A stretch of 64,000 bases of DNA from an uncultured Planctomycetia bacterium. GTDB lineage: Bacteria > Omnitrophota > Gorgyraeia > Tantalellales > Tantalellaceae. The stretch is taken from contig CAZNEE010000001.1 in assembly GCA_964572255.1 (NCBI GenBank), positions 267,587-331,586 of the forward strand, written 5' to 3'. Of this stretch, positions 10,006 through 19,026 are shown in pieces. The notes below the pieces were generated by a model that had not been told where the DNA came from, made no database searches, and saw only the letters and a list, made by a program, of their open reading frames with translations. Position 1 is the first letter of the stretch. Each line of letters begins with the position of its first letter. The position numbers were made by a program, and so were the translations under genes.

Positions 10006-10922
10006 TCAAAAAACCCACAGTTATAATTACTTCTTTAGGAAGAACTGGGACACTGTTTTTTGCCAGGTTTTTTAAAGATAGATTCAGTAATGTTGCAGCT
10101 TTCCATGAAGCGGGGAGGATCACATTACGTGAGATAAAGATGTCCGAGATCGTAGGTTCTATAAAGAATTTTGGGTTAAAAAAGTCAGTATTCAATAAGC
10201 TCTCAAGAGAAAGCGGGCTTATGAGTCTTTCTCATAAAAGAATGAGATCAGAGATATCAACTCAACAGGCGGCAGAAGGGATTATAGCTAATAGAAAATC
10301 ATTTATAGAGAAGGCCAAAGAGGATCTATATGTAGAATCTAATTACCAGTATTACGGGCTGATAGATGTATTGCCTTCTGTTTTTGAGAGATATAAGTTA
10401 GTGTACATAATCAGGGATCCCCGGGATTGGGTGGCATCATGCATTAATTCAAGACTGTTTTATCATCCTACCGATTTTCATACTTTGATCGGCGACAGGA
10501 TAACGCCGGCTCTTATAAAAGATGAGGAATATACTGATAAGTGGCGAAAGATGGATAGGTTTGAAAAACTTTGCTGGGCTTGGAATTATATAAATAATTA
10601 TGCCGTGAAAAGTGTAAAAAATAACCCTTATGCGAGCATATACAAGTTTGAAGAAATTTTCTTATCTGATGATAGAGCAGCAAAATTGATTGAATTGATA
10701 GAAATTATTCTAGATTTCGATGGATTAAGGATACAAAGACCGGGCAAAGAGGATGTCGCTGAATTTCTGGACAGAAAAATCAATAAATCAAAGATCCAAA
10801 ATTTTCCGAAATGGGATAAATGGCCCAAAGGACGCGCTAAGTTCCTGCATGAAATGTGCGGTTCGTTAATGCAGGAATTTAACTACGGAAAAGAAGAGAA
10901 GTGGCAGAGCTTGATATCTTAA
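10002..10922 (+). CDS. Sulfotransferase family protein
   Basis: ATGA overlap start. N-terminal TSLGRTGTLFF (5'-PSB-like) and IIRDPRDWVASC (3'-PB-like). Confidence 0.6.
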   Translation: MIKKPTVIITSLGRTGTLFFARFFKDRFSNVAAFHEAGRITLREIKMSEIVGSIKNFGLKKSVFNKLSRESGLMSLSHKRMRSEISTQQAAEGIIANRKSFIEKAKEDLYVESNYQYYGLIDVLPSVFERYKLVYIIRDPRDWVASCINSRLFYHPTDFHTLIGDRITPALIKDEEYTDKWRKMDRFEKLCWAWNYINNYAVKSVKNNPYASIYKFEEIFLSDDRAAKLIELIEIILDFDGLRIQRPGKEDVAEFLDRKINKSKIQNFPKWDKWPKGRAKFLHEMCGSLMQEFNYGKEEKWQSLIS

Positions 10923-10934
10923 GAGGAGCGGATA

Positions 10935-11648
10935 TTGAAAGATTTGTTATCAAAGTTTAAAAAAGACCCGTTGGGCTTCATTAAAAGGGCATTATATAAG
11001 ATCGTCATAGGTCCGTTGAAATACAACAAGGGCAATGATTATGACGCAGCTAACTATTGGAGGGATAGGTTCGAAAAGCACGGCCAAACGCTCAAGGGAG
11101 CAGGTGATGAAGGTCTTTCTGAAGAAGAGAATAAAGAGCATTATGAAAAAGCAGCGAAAGTATTTACATCTTTTTGCATGAAGGAAGGAATAGACTTTAA
11201 AAATTCGGATGTTTTGGAGATAGGAGTCGGGACAGGATTCTATACCCGGCTTCTTCATGACTTGGGAGTGAGAAAGTATACAGGCGTTGATATAACGGAT
11301 GTCTTTTTCAGTAAGCATAAAAACAATTTCCCCCAATTTAAATTTGTTAAGAAGGATATTACTGTGGATAAATTGGAAGGCAAATATGACCTGATTGTCA
11401 TGATAGATGTTATAGAGCACATAGTGAATGAAAAGAAGTTTGCGTCTGCCATGGAAAACGTCAGGAATTCTTTATCGGATGACGGTATTTTTGTTGTGGC
11501 TCCGGTGATGGATGAAGATAAAAAGCATCTTTTCTATCTGAGTTCGCATTCTTTGCAAGATATAAAGAATAAATTTCCGGGGTATAGATTTTCAGAACCC
11601 ATGCCCTTTAGGGATGGAAATATTATCGGTATTAAAAAATACACTTAG
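10935..11648 (+). CDS. Class I SAM-dependent methyltransferase
   Basis: The tool reports a TTG start after the RBS AAGAGGAGCGG. Motif I VLEIGVGTGFYTRLL. Confidence 0.55.
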   Translation: MKDLLSKFKKDPLGFIKRALYKIVIGPLKYNKGNDYDAANYWRDRFEKHGQTLKGAGDEGLSEEENKEHYEKAAKVFTSFCMKEGIDFKNSDVLEIGVGTGFYTRLLHDLGVRKYTGVDITDVFFSKHKNNFPQFKFVKKDITVDKLEGKYDLIVMIDVIEHIVNEKKFASAMENVRNSLSDDGIFVVAPVMDEDKKHLFYLSSHSLQDIKNKFPGYRFSEPMPFRDGNIIGIKKYT

Positions 11649-11649
11649 C

Positions 11650-12585
11650 ATGAAGAGAGTTATAATTATTTTAGTATGGGTTATAGTAGTTGCGGCTCTC
11701 ATTTTTTACCTCGTGTCGCACGCTGAAGACATAAAAAGGCTTTTAAGGCTTTCCCTATACGATATTGCCTTGCTTGCTGTTTTGAACATAATAACACAGT
11801 TCATAAATGCCTTGAAAATAATGTTTATTATAAGGAAAACCGGATTAAGGTTAGGGATAAAAGAATGTTTCAGCCTGGCTTCGGTGAACAGCGTGATAAA
11901 CTATCTGCCGTTTAAGGGCGGGGCGTTTGCTCTTGCTTTTTATTTCAAAGATAAACACAAACTTTCATATATGAATTTCATTAATATAATAGTTGCCAGC
12001 CATCTGATAATGATATCAACCGCCGCGTTATTTTCATCTGTTTTTATTGTATCCCATTATTTTTTTACTGGGATTTTTCTTGATAAATTTTTCTCCATAT
12101 TCAGCTTTCTGTTTATCATAACGGTTGCGGCAATATTTTTCTTAAAGAGATTTCGCGACAAACCTGCATCGGTCATTACAAAATGGGATAAGGTAAAAGA
12201 GGCGATAGCCGGGTTAAACATAATTTTTGCTGATAAGGTACTTTTATTTCAGCTGGTTCTTTTAAATTTTATTTCTGTAGTGATCATCGGAATGCGTTTT
12301 TCTGTTTGTTTCAGAATGGTTTCATTCAGCGCCCCGCTTTTACTATCGCTTCTTGCCGGGGGAGTGAAAATATTGGCTATGGCTCTAAGCATCATACCTT
12401 CAGGCTTGGGGATAGCAGAGCTATTTGCAGGCGGCATTTCAAATATGATGGATTCAGGGGCGAATATAGGAGTATACGCCGCATTTATAGACAGGATAGT
12501 GTCTGTAATAGTTTTACTGGCTGTAGGAACAGTATCGTTTGGATATCTTTATAAACATAGAAATGTTAAATCTACACAAACATAA
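11650..12585 (+). CDS. Lysylphosphatidylglycerol-synthase-TM-like (UPF0104/flippase-like) membrane protein
   Basis: In-frame ATG right after the upstream stop. About 8 TM helices. The N-terminal region resembles the LPG_synthase_TM family. Confidence 0.45.
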   Translation: MKRVIIILVWVIVVAALIFYLVSHAEDIKRLLRLSLYDIALLAVLNIITQFINALKIMFIIRKTGLRLGIKECFSLASVNSVINYLPFKGGAFALAFYFKDKHKLSYMNFINIIVASHLIMISTAALFSSVFIVSHYFFTGIFLDKFFSIFSFLFIITVAAIFFLKRFRDKPASVITKWDKVKEAIAGLNIIFADKVLLFQLVLLNFISVVIIGMRFSVCFRMVSFSAPLLLSLLAGGVKILAMALSIIPSGLGIAELFAGGISNMMDSGANIGVYAAFIDRIVSVIVLLAVGTVSFGYLYKHRNVKSTQT

Positions 12586-12591
12586 GAACAG

Positions 12592-13644
12592 ATGAAAGTA
12601 GCGTTTTATTCATATCCTTCAGCTTTTCAGAACCCAGGGGGTGGGGAGATCCAGCTTCTCAAGACAAAAGAACACCTGGAAAAGGCCGGGGTGGATGTTA
12701 AGTTCTTCGATCAGTGGCATGACAAGTTCGATGATTTCGACGTGCTTCATGTATTTGGTTCTGTTAAGGATTGCGTGGGGCTGATGCGAACTGCGAGGAA
12801 TAAGGGGGTGAAAGTCGCTATAAGTTCTATATTCTGGTCCAGTTTTAAAAGAGCTTTGCATGAGGGGGGAACGAGCGGGAAAAAACTCGAGCTTTTTGCA
12901 AGACATCTGACAAAACTGATATTTCCATATCTTCCTACGGGAAGAAGGAAGACCATGGCGCTTTCAGATATTATTTTTCCCAACGCTGAGGCGGAGGGAG
13001 AACAGCTTGTGCGTTTATTCGGCATATCACGCGAAAAAATCAAAGTTGTTCCCAACGGAATTGATGAAAGATTCATGTTTGCAAAGCCGGATCCTTTTAT
13101 TGAAAAATTCGGGATGAAGGATTTTGTTTTAGCTGTCGGCAGGATCGAACCCAGGAAAAATCAGCTCAATCTAATAAAAGCCCTTAATGATTCAGGTTTT
13201 AAATTGGTAATAGTAGGCGATCCTGTTTCGGATTACATGGATTACTATAAAAAATGCCGCAGCATTGCAAAACAAAATATTGTTTTTCTTGGGGGGATAC
13301 CTCACGAAGATGAACTTTTAGCTTCCGGTTATGCTGCGTGCAAGGTTTTTGCTGCACCCGGCTGGTTTGAGACTCCGGGATTAGCAGCTCTTGAAGCGGC
13401 GGCCGCAGGTGCAAGTATTGCTATCACAAAGTATGGATGCACGGAGGAGTATTTCGGGGATGAAGCGTCTTATTTTGACCCTTCAAACATAAAGCAAATA
13501 CGGGAAGCGGTGAAAGAAGCGTCAGATGTAAGCGAAGAAAAGAAAAAACTCCTAAAAGAGCGCATAAGAAATAATTACTTGTGGGAAAATGTAGCAAGGG
13601 AAACGCTCAGCGGGTACGAATCCATTCTAAAGGCGAACAAATGA
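12592..13644 (+). CDS. Glycosyltransferase family 4
   Basis: PGWFETPGLAALEAAAAGASIA GT-B C-terminal domain motif. Confidence 0.7.
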   Translation: MKVAFYSYPSAFQNPGGGEIQLLKTKEHLEKAGVDVKFFDQWHDKFDDFDVLHVFGSVKDCVGLMRTARNKGVKVAISSIFWSSFKRALHEGGTSGKKLELFARHLTKLIFPYLPTGRRKTMALSDIIFPNAEAEGEQLVRLFGISREKIKVVPNGIDERFMFAKPDPFIEKFGMKDFVLAVGRIEPRKNQLNLIKALNDSGFKLVIVGDPVSDYMDYYKKCRSIAKQNIVFLGGIPHEDELLASGYAACKVFAAPGWFETPGLAALEAAAAGASIAITKYGCTEEYFGDEASYFDPSNIKQIREAVKEASDVSEEKKKLLKERIRNNYLWENVARETLSGYESILKANK

Positions 13645-14756
13645 AAAAAAGAATCCTTTTCGTAGTAGGGACAAGACCGGAGATAATAAAGACAGCTTCC
13701 GTTGTGCAGGAACTCAAGAAGGATAAGTCTTTTCGGGTGGGGGTATGTTTAAGCGGACAGCATATTTCAATGGTCACCCAGATGCTTGAGGATTTCAATA
13801 TAAAGCCAGATCATGATCTTAAGATCATGAAGGACGCTCAATCCCTCATTACTATAAAGAAAAATCTTATACCCGTGTTAGATGAAGTTTATGATAATTT
13901 TAAGCCTGACCTGGTTTTTGTCCAGGGTGATACCACCACAGCCCTCATTGCCGCGCTTGTTGCCTTTTACAAAAAGATAAAGGTGGCGCATATAGAAGCA
14001 GGGCTTAGGACGTTTGACAGGAATTTCCCGTTTCCGGAGGAGATGAACCGCATCCTGATAACCAGGCTTACAGATCTTCATTTTGCCCCTACACGTGCGG
14101 CAAGATCAAATCTTGTAAGGGAAGGGGTAAGCAGGAGAAGTATTTTTGTAACAGGCAATACAGGCATAGATTCTTTAAAGTATATTATCGATAAGGAATA
14201 TGATTTCATTGATAAGCATCTCCAAAAAATGCAATGGGACAGGAAAATAATTCTTCTCACTGCGCATAGAAGGGAGAATTTCGGTAAGGGGCTTGCCGAT
14301 GTTTTTAAAGCGGCCAAAAAAATAGCATCAAAATATGAAGATATTTTGGTGATCTATCCCGTTCACCCTAATCCAAATGTACAAAAGCCCGCGAATCGAT
14401 TACTCTCCGGAGCTAAAAATGTGCTTTTGCTTAACAATTTGCATTATAGAGATCTGGTAAAACTGATGAAGGTGAGCCATGTAATACTTACAGATTCCGG
14501 GGGCATACAGGAAGAGGCCCCTTCTCTGGGAAAGCCGGTTTTGATCTTAAGGGATAAAACCGAAAGACCCGAAGTCGTAAGGGCCGGCTGTGCCAAGATC
14601 GTCGGCACTGACGGAGATGTTATTATTGATAATCTGGAAAAGCTGCTTTTTGATGAAAATTTATATAAAAAGATGTCAGTTCCGAGAGATATTTTCGGCA
14701 AAGGTATCGCTTCAAAGATAATAGCCAAGAAAGTAAAAGCTTTTTTGAAAGGATAA
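13641..14756 (+). CDS. wecB: UDP-N-acetylglucosamine 2-epimerase (non-hydrolysing)
   Basis: ILFVVGTRPEIIK at the N-terminus, DSGGIQEEAPSLGKPVLILRDKTERPE, and HIEAGLRT are diagnostic. ATGA overlap with the upstream gene. Confidence 0.85.
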   Translation: MKKRILFVVGTRPEIIKTASVVQELKKDKSFRVGVCLSGQHISMVTQMLEDFNIKPDHDLKIMKDAQSLITIKKNLIPVLDEVYDNFKPDLVFVQGDTTTALIAALVAFYKKIKVAHIEAGLRTFDRNFPFPEEMNRILITRLTDLHFAPTRAARSNLVREGVSRRSIFVTGNTGIDSLKYIIDKEYDFIDKHLQKMQWDRKIILLTAHRRENFGKGLADVFKAAKKIASKYEDILVIYPVHPNPNVQKPANRLLSGAKNVLLLNNLHYRDLVKLMKVSHVILTDSGGIQEEAPSLGKPVLILRDKTERPEVVRAGCAKIVGTDGDVIIDNLEKLLFDENLYKKMSVPRDIFGKGIASKIIAKKVKAFLKG

Positions 14757-14759
14757 AAA

Positions 14760-15446
14760 ATGAAAATCTCGATCCTGATGCCTGTTTATAATGAGATAAA
14801 AACGATCAAGGATGTCCTGCAGCTGGTGAAGGCGATAGAGCTCGATAAGGAGATAATACTGGTCGATGACTATTCGACTGACGGGACGAGGGAGCTTTTG
14901 AAAAAGGAATACGGTGACGGTTTCGGCGAGGTAAGGGTTTTTTATCATAAAAAAAATAAAGGCAAAGGAGCCGCCATAAGAACGGCTTTGGAGAACGCTA
15001 AGGGAGAATACGTTATCGTGCAGGATGCCGATATGGAATATTCACCGAATGATATGATCACCATGACGAAATTTGCCGAAGAAACAGGGGCGGAAGCGGT
15101 TTACGGGTCGCGCTTCCTCAAGACGTGGAGAACGACATCTTTCCCTCATTTTTTGGTGAATAAAACACTTACCGTGTTGACCAATATTTTATTCGGCGGT
15201 TCCTTGACCGATATGGAGACATGCTACAAGATGGTAAAGACCGATGTGATACGCAGCCTTAACATAAAGGCGGAAAGGTTCGAATTTGAACCGGAAGTAA
15301 GCGCAAAACTTCTCAAAAAAGGCGTAAAAATCAAAGAGATACCCGTGTCTTACCGCGGGCGCGGATACGATGAGGGCAAAAAGATCGGCTGGCGCGATGG
15401 GGTGGAAGCGGTAATGACGATATTTCGTTTAAAATTTTCTAAGTGA
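14760..15446 (+). CDS. GT2 polyprenol-phosphate glycosyltransferase (DPM1/ArnC/GtrB-like)
   Basis: ISILMPVYNE...ILVDDYSTDGT...VQDADMEY motifs match the dolichyl-phosphate mannose synthase-like family. Confidence 0.7.
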   Translation: MKISILMPVYNEIKTIKDVLQLVKAIELDKEIILVDDYSTDGTRELLKKEYGDGFGEVRVFYHKKNKGKGAAIRTALENAKGEYVIVQDADMEYSPNDMITMTKFAEETGAEAVYGSRFLKTWRTTSFPHFLVNKTLTVLTNILFGGSLTDMETCYKMVKTDVIRSLNIKAERFEFEPEVSAKLLKKGVKIKEIPVSYRGRGYDEGKKIGWRDGVEAVMTIFRLKFSK

Positions 15447-15475
15447 TTTTTAATATATAAGCTATCAAAAACACT

Positions 15476-16567
15476 ATGAGATATGTTTTTAAGAAAAAGA
15501 TCTATATAGTCCTTTTTTCTATTCTCGATACTGTTGGCAGCATCATTTTCTTTCCCATCAGGCTTTTTAGTTCAAAAAAGGATATTGACCCCAAAAGAAT
15601 ACTTCTTATAAGGGCAGATCATATAGGGGATGTTATTAATGCAACAGTAGCATTAAGGCCCTTGAAGGATAAATTCCCCAACTCACGACTTGATCTTCTT
15701 GTCCCTTCATGGGCGGTTGATCTGGTGAAGGGTGATCCTTCTATTGATAATGTTATGGATTTTGACGCACCTTGGTTTGACAGGAAAAAGCGCGGTATTT
15801 TGGATACTATTAAAGGTTTCTGCGATATGGTAAAAATTATACGCAGAGGAAATTACGATATCGCGATCGATCTAAGAGGGGATGCAAGACATATAGCCGC
15901 GATGTTTTTAGCGGGCGTTAAAAACAGAATAGGGTATGGGATCACAGGGGGAGGGTTTCTCCTTACTGATCAAGTGCGGTACAAGGGAAAAATGCATGAG
16001 GCCGAGCGGAATATAGCGCTTTTAGAATCTCTCGGGATAAAAGCGTTTACCCATGATGTGAAGCTGCATTTATCAGCGGATGAAGAAAATATATCTTTTT
16101 TAAAGAAAGAGTTTGGGGTCGAAGGCCCTTATGTAATATTGCATCCTGTTCCCGGACATTCTGCAAAAGAGTGGGATGATTCTCATTTTGCCCGTTTGGC
16201 AGAATACTTGTATAGGGAAAAGGGGTTTCTGCCGGTGTTTGTTGGAAGTTCACAAGACAGCGGAAGAATTAGCAAGATAAAAGAAGCTGTGAATATTGAT
16301 TTAGTGGATCTTTCCGGGAAGACAAGACTTGTTGAGTTGGGGAAGCTTTTGAAAGGCGCTTCTTTATTTATTGGGGTAGATTCAGGTCCCGCGCATATTG
16401 CGGCGGCAATGGGCGCTCCTACTATCATACTTTTTAGCGGCGCTAATGATCCCTCGCAATGGGCGCCTAAGGGCGAGAATGTAAAAATAATTTATCCCGG
16501 AAAAGGCAAAGATCTTTCCTTGATCAAGCCGGAAGATATTTTTAGTGTGGTGGATAAAATTATATGA
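15476..16567 (+). CDS. Glycosyltransferase family 9 (LPS heptosyltransferase-like)
   Basis: ILLIRADHIGDVINATVALRPLKDKFP at the N-terminus and GVDSGPAHIAAAMGAP at the C-terminus are GT9 hallmarks. Confidence 0.7.
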   Translation: MRYVFKKKIYIVLFSILDTVGSIIFFPIRLFSSKKDIDPKRILLIRADHIGDVINATVALRPLKDKFPNSRLDLLVPSWAVDLVKGDPSIDNVMDFDAPWFDRKKRGILDTIKGFCDMVKIIRRGNYDIAIDLRGDARHIAAMFLAGVKNRIGYGITGGGFLLTDQVRYKGKMHEAERNIALLESLGIKAFTHDVKLHLSADEENISFLKKEFGVEGPYVILHPVPGHSAKEWDDSHFARLAEYLYREKGFLPVFVGSSQDSGRISKIKEAVNIDLVDLSGKTRLVELGKLLKGASLFIGVDSGPAHIAAAMGAPTIILFSGANDPSQWAPKGENVKIIYPGKGKDLSLIKPEDIFSVVDKII

Positions 16568-16589
16568 AAAGTTTTGAAAGGATGAATAG

Positions 16590-17669
16590 ATGAGGATCGG
16601 ATTTGATGCAAGAATGATGACGCATCCGGGCATAGGCCGATATATTGGATGTCTTCTTAGAGAGATGATAAAGCAGGCGGGCAAGGATGAATTCCTGCTT
16701 TTTGGGGATCCGGAACATTTACAAGAGTTCAGGGATAATGAAAACGTGAAACTTATATCCTGGAAAGCGCCTGTTTATTCGATCAAAGAACAGATAACTT
16801 TACCATATAATGCGGAAAAAATAGACTTACTTCACGTGCCGCATTTTAATATACCGGTTTTCTATCGAGGGAAGATGGTTGTCACTACCCATGACCTTAT
16901 TTATCTTCTTTTTGCCGGGTCGGCTCCTTCAGCTTTAGCAAAATATTACGCACGATTTATGATAGGGACTGCCCTAAAGAAAGCAAAAGGCGTTATTGCT
17001 GTTTCAAAACATACTAGGGATGATCTTACAAAGGTTTTCGGGAGTGCTTATTCTGATAAAATAAAGGTCATCTATGAAGCAGCCGACAAAGCCTTTCATC
17101 AGGAGGATATAGCCATTACGGACCTTGTTCGCCGGAAATATCACCTGTCAGACAAGGTCATTTTGTACGCAGGCAGTGTGAAACCTCACAAAAATGTCGC
17201 GACCCTGCTTAAAGTGTATAAACTTTTGAAGAAATGGGGCGCTCCGCATCAGTTGGTCATAGTAGGGAAGTGGGATAAAAAAGAGAACTATCTTAAACCC
17301 ATGATGGCTGATGAAAATATCAGATATTTGGGTGAGGTCCCCTTTGAAGACTTGGAAGCTTTATATTGTCTTTCCGATGTTCTTGTTCACCTTTCACTAT
17401 ATGAAGGTTTCGGGCTCACGGTACTTGAGGCCATGCAATGCGGTACTCCGGTCGTTGTATCCGAGAAAACTTCTCTTCCTGAAGTAGCGGGTGAAGCCGC
17501 TCTTACTGTTCCGCCGCTTAACGTTGAACAGATAGCCGATTCTGTGTTTAATGTGCTTGTTAATAGCGAACTAAGAGCCGGAATGATAGGTGCCGGTCTT
17601 GAGCGCGCAAAGCAATTCTCATGGGAGAGGGCCGCCCGCGAAACACTCGAATTATATCGAAGTATCTAA
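16590..17669 (+). CDS. Glycosyltransferase family 4
   Basis: EGFGLTVLEAMQCGTPVVVS motif. Confidence 0.7.
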   Translation: MRIGFDARMMTHPGIGRYIGCLLREMIKQAGKDEFLLFGDPEHLQEFRDNENVKLISWKAPVYSIKEQITLPYNAEKIDLLHVPHFNIPVFYRGKMVVTTHDLIYLLFAGSAPSALAKYYARFMIGTALKKAKGVIAVSKHTRDDLTKVFGSAYSDKIKVIYEAADKAFHQEDIAITDLVRRKYHLSDKVILYAGSVKPHKNVATLLKVYKLLKKWGAPHQLVIVGKWDKKENYLKPMMADENIRYLGEVPFEDLEALYCLSDVLVHLSLYEGFGLTVLEAMQCGTPVVVSEKTSLPEVAGEAALTVPPLNVEQIADSVFNVLVNSELRAGMIGAGLERAKQFSWERAARETLELYRSI

Positions 17670-17687
17670 AAATATCTTACCAGGGGT

Positions 17688-17765
17688 AAGAATACAGTAT
17701 ATTTCCTACCAGGGCCCCTCCGCCCGGTGTGGATCCTCCCTGTACGGGAACATACTGTATTCTTA
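17688..17765 (+). other. 13-bp perfect inverted repeat (AAGAATACAGTAT / ATACTGTATTCTT) enclosing a GC-rich core of about 52 nt
   Basis: Read directly. Located in the 178-bp gap after the GT4 stop. The core contains a TACCAGGG repeat. No downstream T-run. Confidence 0.4.
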
Positions 17766-17810
17766 TACGCAGAACAAAATATTTTTATATGCGTCTAAAA
17801 CATTAACTAG

Positions 17811-17839
17811 TTTACGTGGCGGCCTTAAGTTTGTATAAT
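17811..17839 (+). promoter_or_regulatory. Candidate sigma70-type promoter (TTTACG-17-TATAAT) immediately upstream of the ATG at 17848
   Basis: Hexamers read from sequence. There is no Shine-Dalgarno between the -10 and the ATG, so the transcript would be leaderless or nearly so. Confidence 0.3.
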
Positions 17840-17847
17840 GTAATACT

Positions 17848-19005
17848 ATGAATAATATTAAAGTAGCTTTAGTGCACGATTGGCTTACCGGCATGAGGGG
17901 CGGGGAAAAATGCCTTGAGGTGTTTTGCGAACTTTTTCCTGAAGCGACGGTTTTTACCCTGATACATAAAAAAGGAAGTGTTTCTCCCACGATCGAAAAG
18001 ATGAAGATCCAAACGTCTTTTCTGCAGAATATTCCCGGCATTTTTAAAAATTATAGGAATTTTTTGCCTTTTTATCCTGCCGCGGTAGAAAATTTCAACT
18101 TGGGCGGATATGATCTTGTATTGAGCTCAAGCCATTGCGTGGCTAAAGGCGTCAATGCTCCTTCCAATGCTTTGCATATATGTTATTGTTATACCCCCAT
18201 GAGGTATGCCTGGAAGTTTTTTGACGAGTATTTTGCCGGTGAAAATAAGTTGAAAAGATGGGCGATCTCGGCTGCTGTTAAGTATTTGAAAAGATGGGAT
18301 TTACGATCCAACAAAAAAGTTGATTATTTTATAGCCATATCGGATAATGTTAAGAATCGAATCGGTGAATTTTACAAGCGGGAGGCGGATGTCATATATC
18401 CTCCCGCAGATATAGATGCTCATGCCAAATTGGGCAAGGATGAGGGATTTTATTTGATTGTTTCGGCCCTGGTTCCTTATAAAAAGGTCGACCTTGCCGT
18501 TAAGGTCTTTAACGAGAATGGGAAGCCTCTTATTGTAATAGGGAGCGGTCCGGAATTCTCCAGACTCCAAAAAGAGTCAAAGAGTAACATTTCTTTTCGG
18601 GGGTGGGCTTCAGACAGTGAGCTGAATGACTATTATGCTGATTGCAGTGCGCTCATATTTCCCGGGGAAGAGGATTTTGGTATAGTTCCGGTCGAGGCGC
18701 AATCTCACGGTAAACCGGTGATCGCGTATGCCAAGGGGGGAGCTCTTGAGACCATAATTCCCTTTAGTGAAGAACTGGGGATGGCCAGCGGTGCCAGTGC
18801 CACCGGGGTATTTTTTAAAGAACAGACCGCGGCTTCCCTGAAAGAGGCGATCGAGACTTTTGAGAAAAACCGAAGTGTTTTTGATCCGGATATCATAAGA
18901 GACAATGCTTTAAAGTTTAATCGCGGACGTTTTAAACGCGAAATACGCGAATACATTGATTCAAAATGGGAGTTTCACGTTAAAAAACAACTTGGTAAAG
19001 TATAG
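17848..19005 (+). CDS. Glycosyltransferase family 4-like
   Basis: The VALVHDWLTGMRGGEKCLE N-terminus and HGKPVIAYAKGGALE are typical of group-1 GTs. Confidence 0.6.
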   Translation: MNNIKVALVHDWLTGMRGGEKCLEVFCELFPEATVFTLIHKKGSVSPTIEKMKIQTSFLQNIPGIFKNYRNFLPFYPAAVENFNLGGYDLVLSSSHCVAKGVNAPSNALHICYCYTPMRYAWKFFDEYFAGENKLKRWAISAAVKYLKRWDLRSNKKVDYFIAISDNVKNRIGEFYKREADVIYPPADIDAHAKLGKDEGFYLIVSALVPYKKVDLAVKVFNENGKPLIVIGSGPEFSRLQKESKSNISFRGWASDSELNDYYADCSALIFPGEEDFGIVPVEAQSHGKPVIAYAKGGALETIIPFSEELGMASGASATGVFFKEQTAASLKEAIETFEKNRSVFDPDIIRDNALKFNRGRFKREIREYIDSKWEFHVKKQLGKV

Positions 19006-19026
19006 TTTACTTACCTTTTACTTAAA

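Noticed and set aside
12306-12554. Small alternative-frame + strand ORFs nested inside larger genes (also 4967-5155, 28442-28639, 40591-40791, 40724-40918, 41276-41491, 45912-46133, 50706-50939, 53111-53293)
   Set aside because: Fully contained within, or overlapping, well-supported CDSs or regulatory RNA in a different frame. Arg/Cys-rich low-complexity translations. No RBS.
17590-17838. 82-aa + strand ORF spanning the GT4 stop and the intergenic region
   Set aside because: Overlaps the 3' end of the GT4 gene in another frame and runs through the inverted-repeat and promoter region. No RBS. Most likely a spurious ORF.
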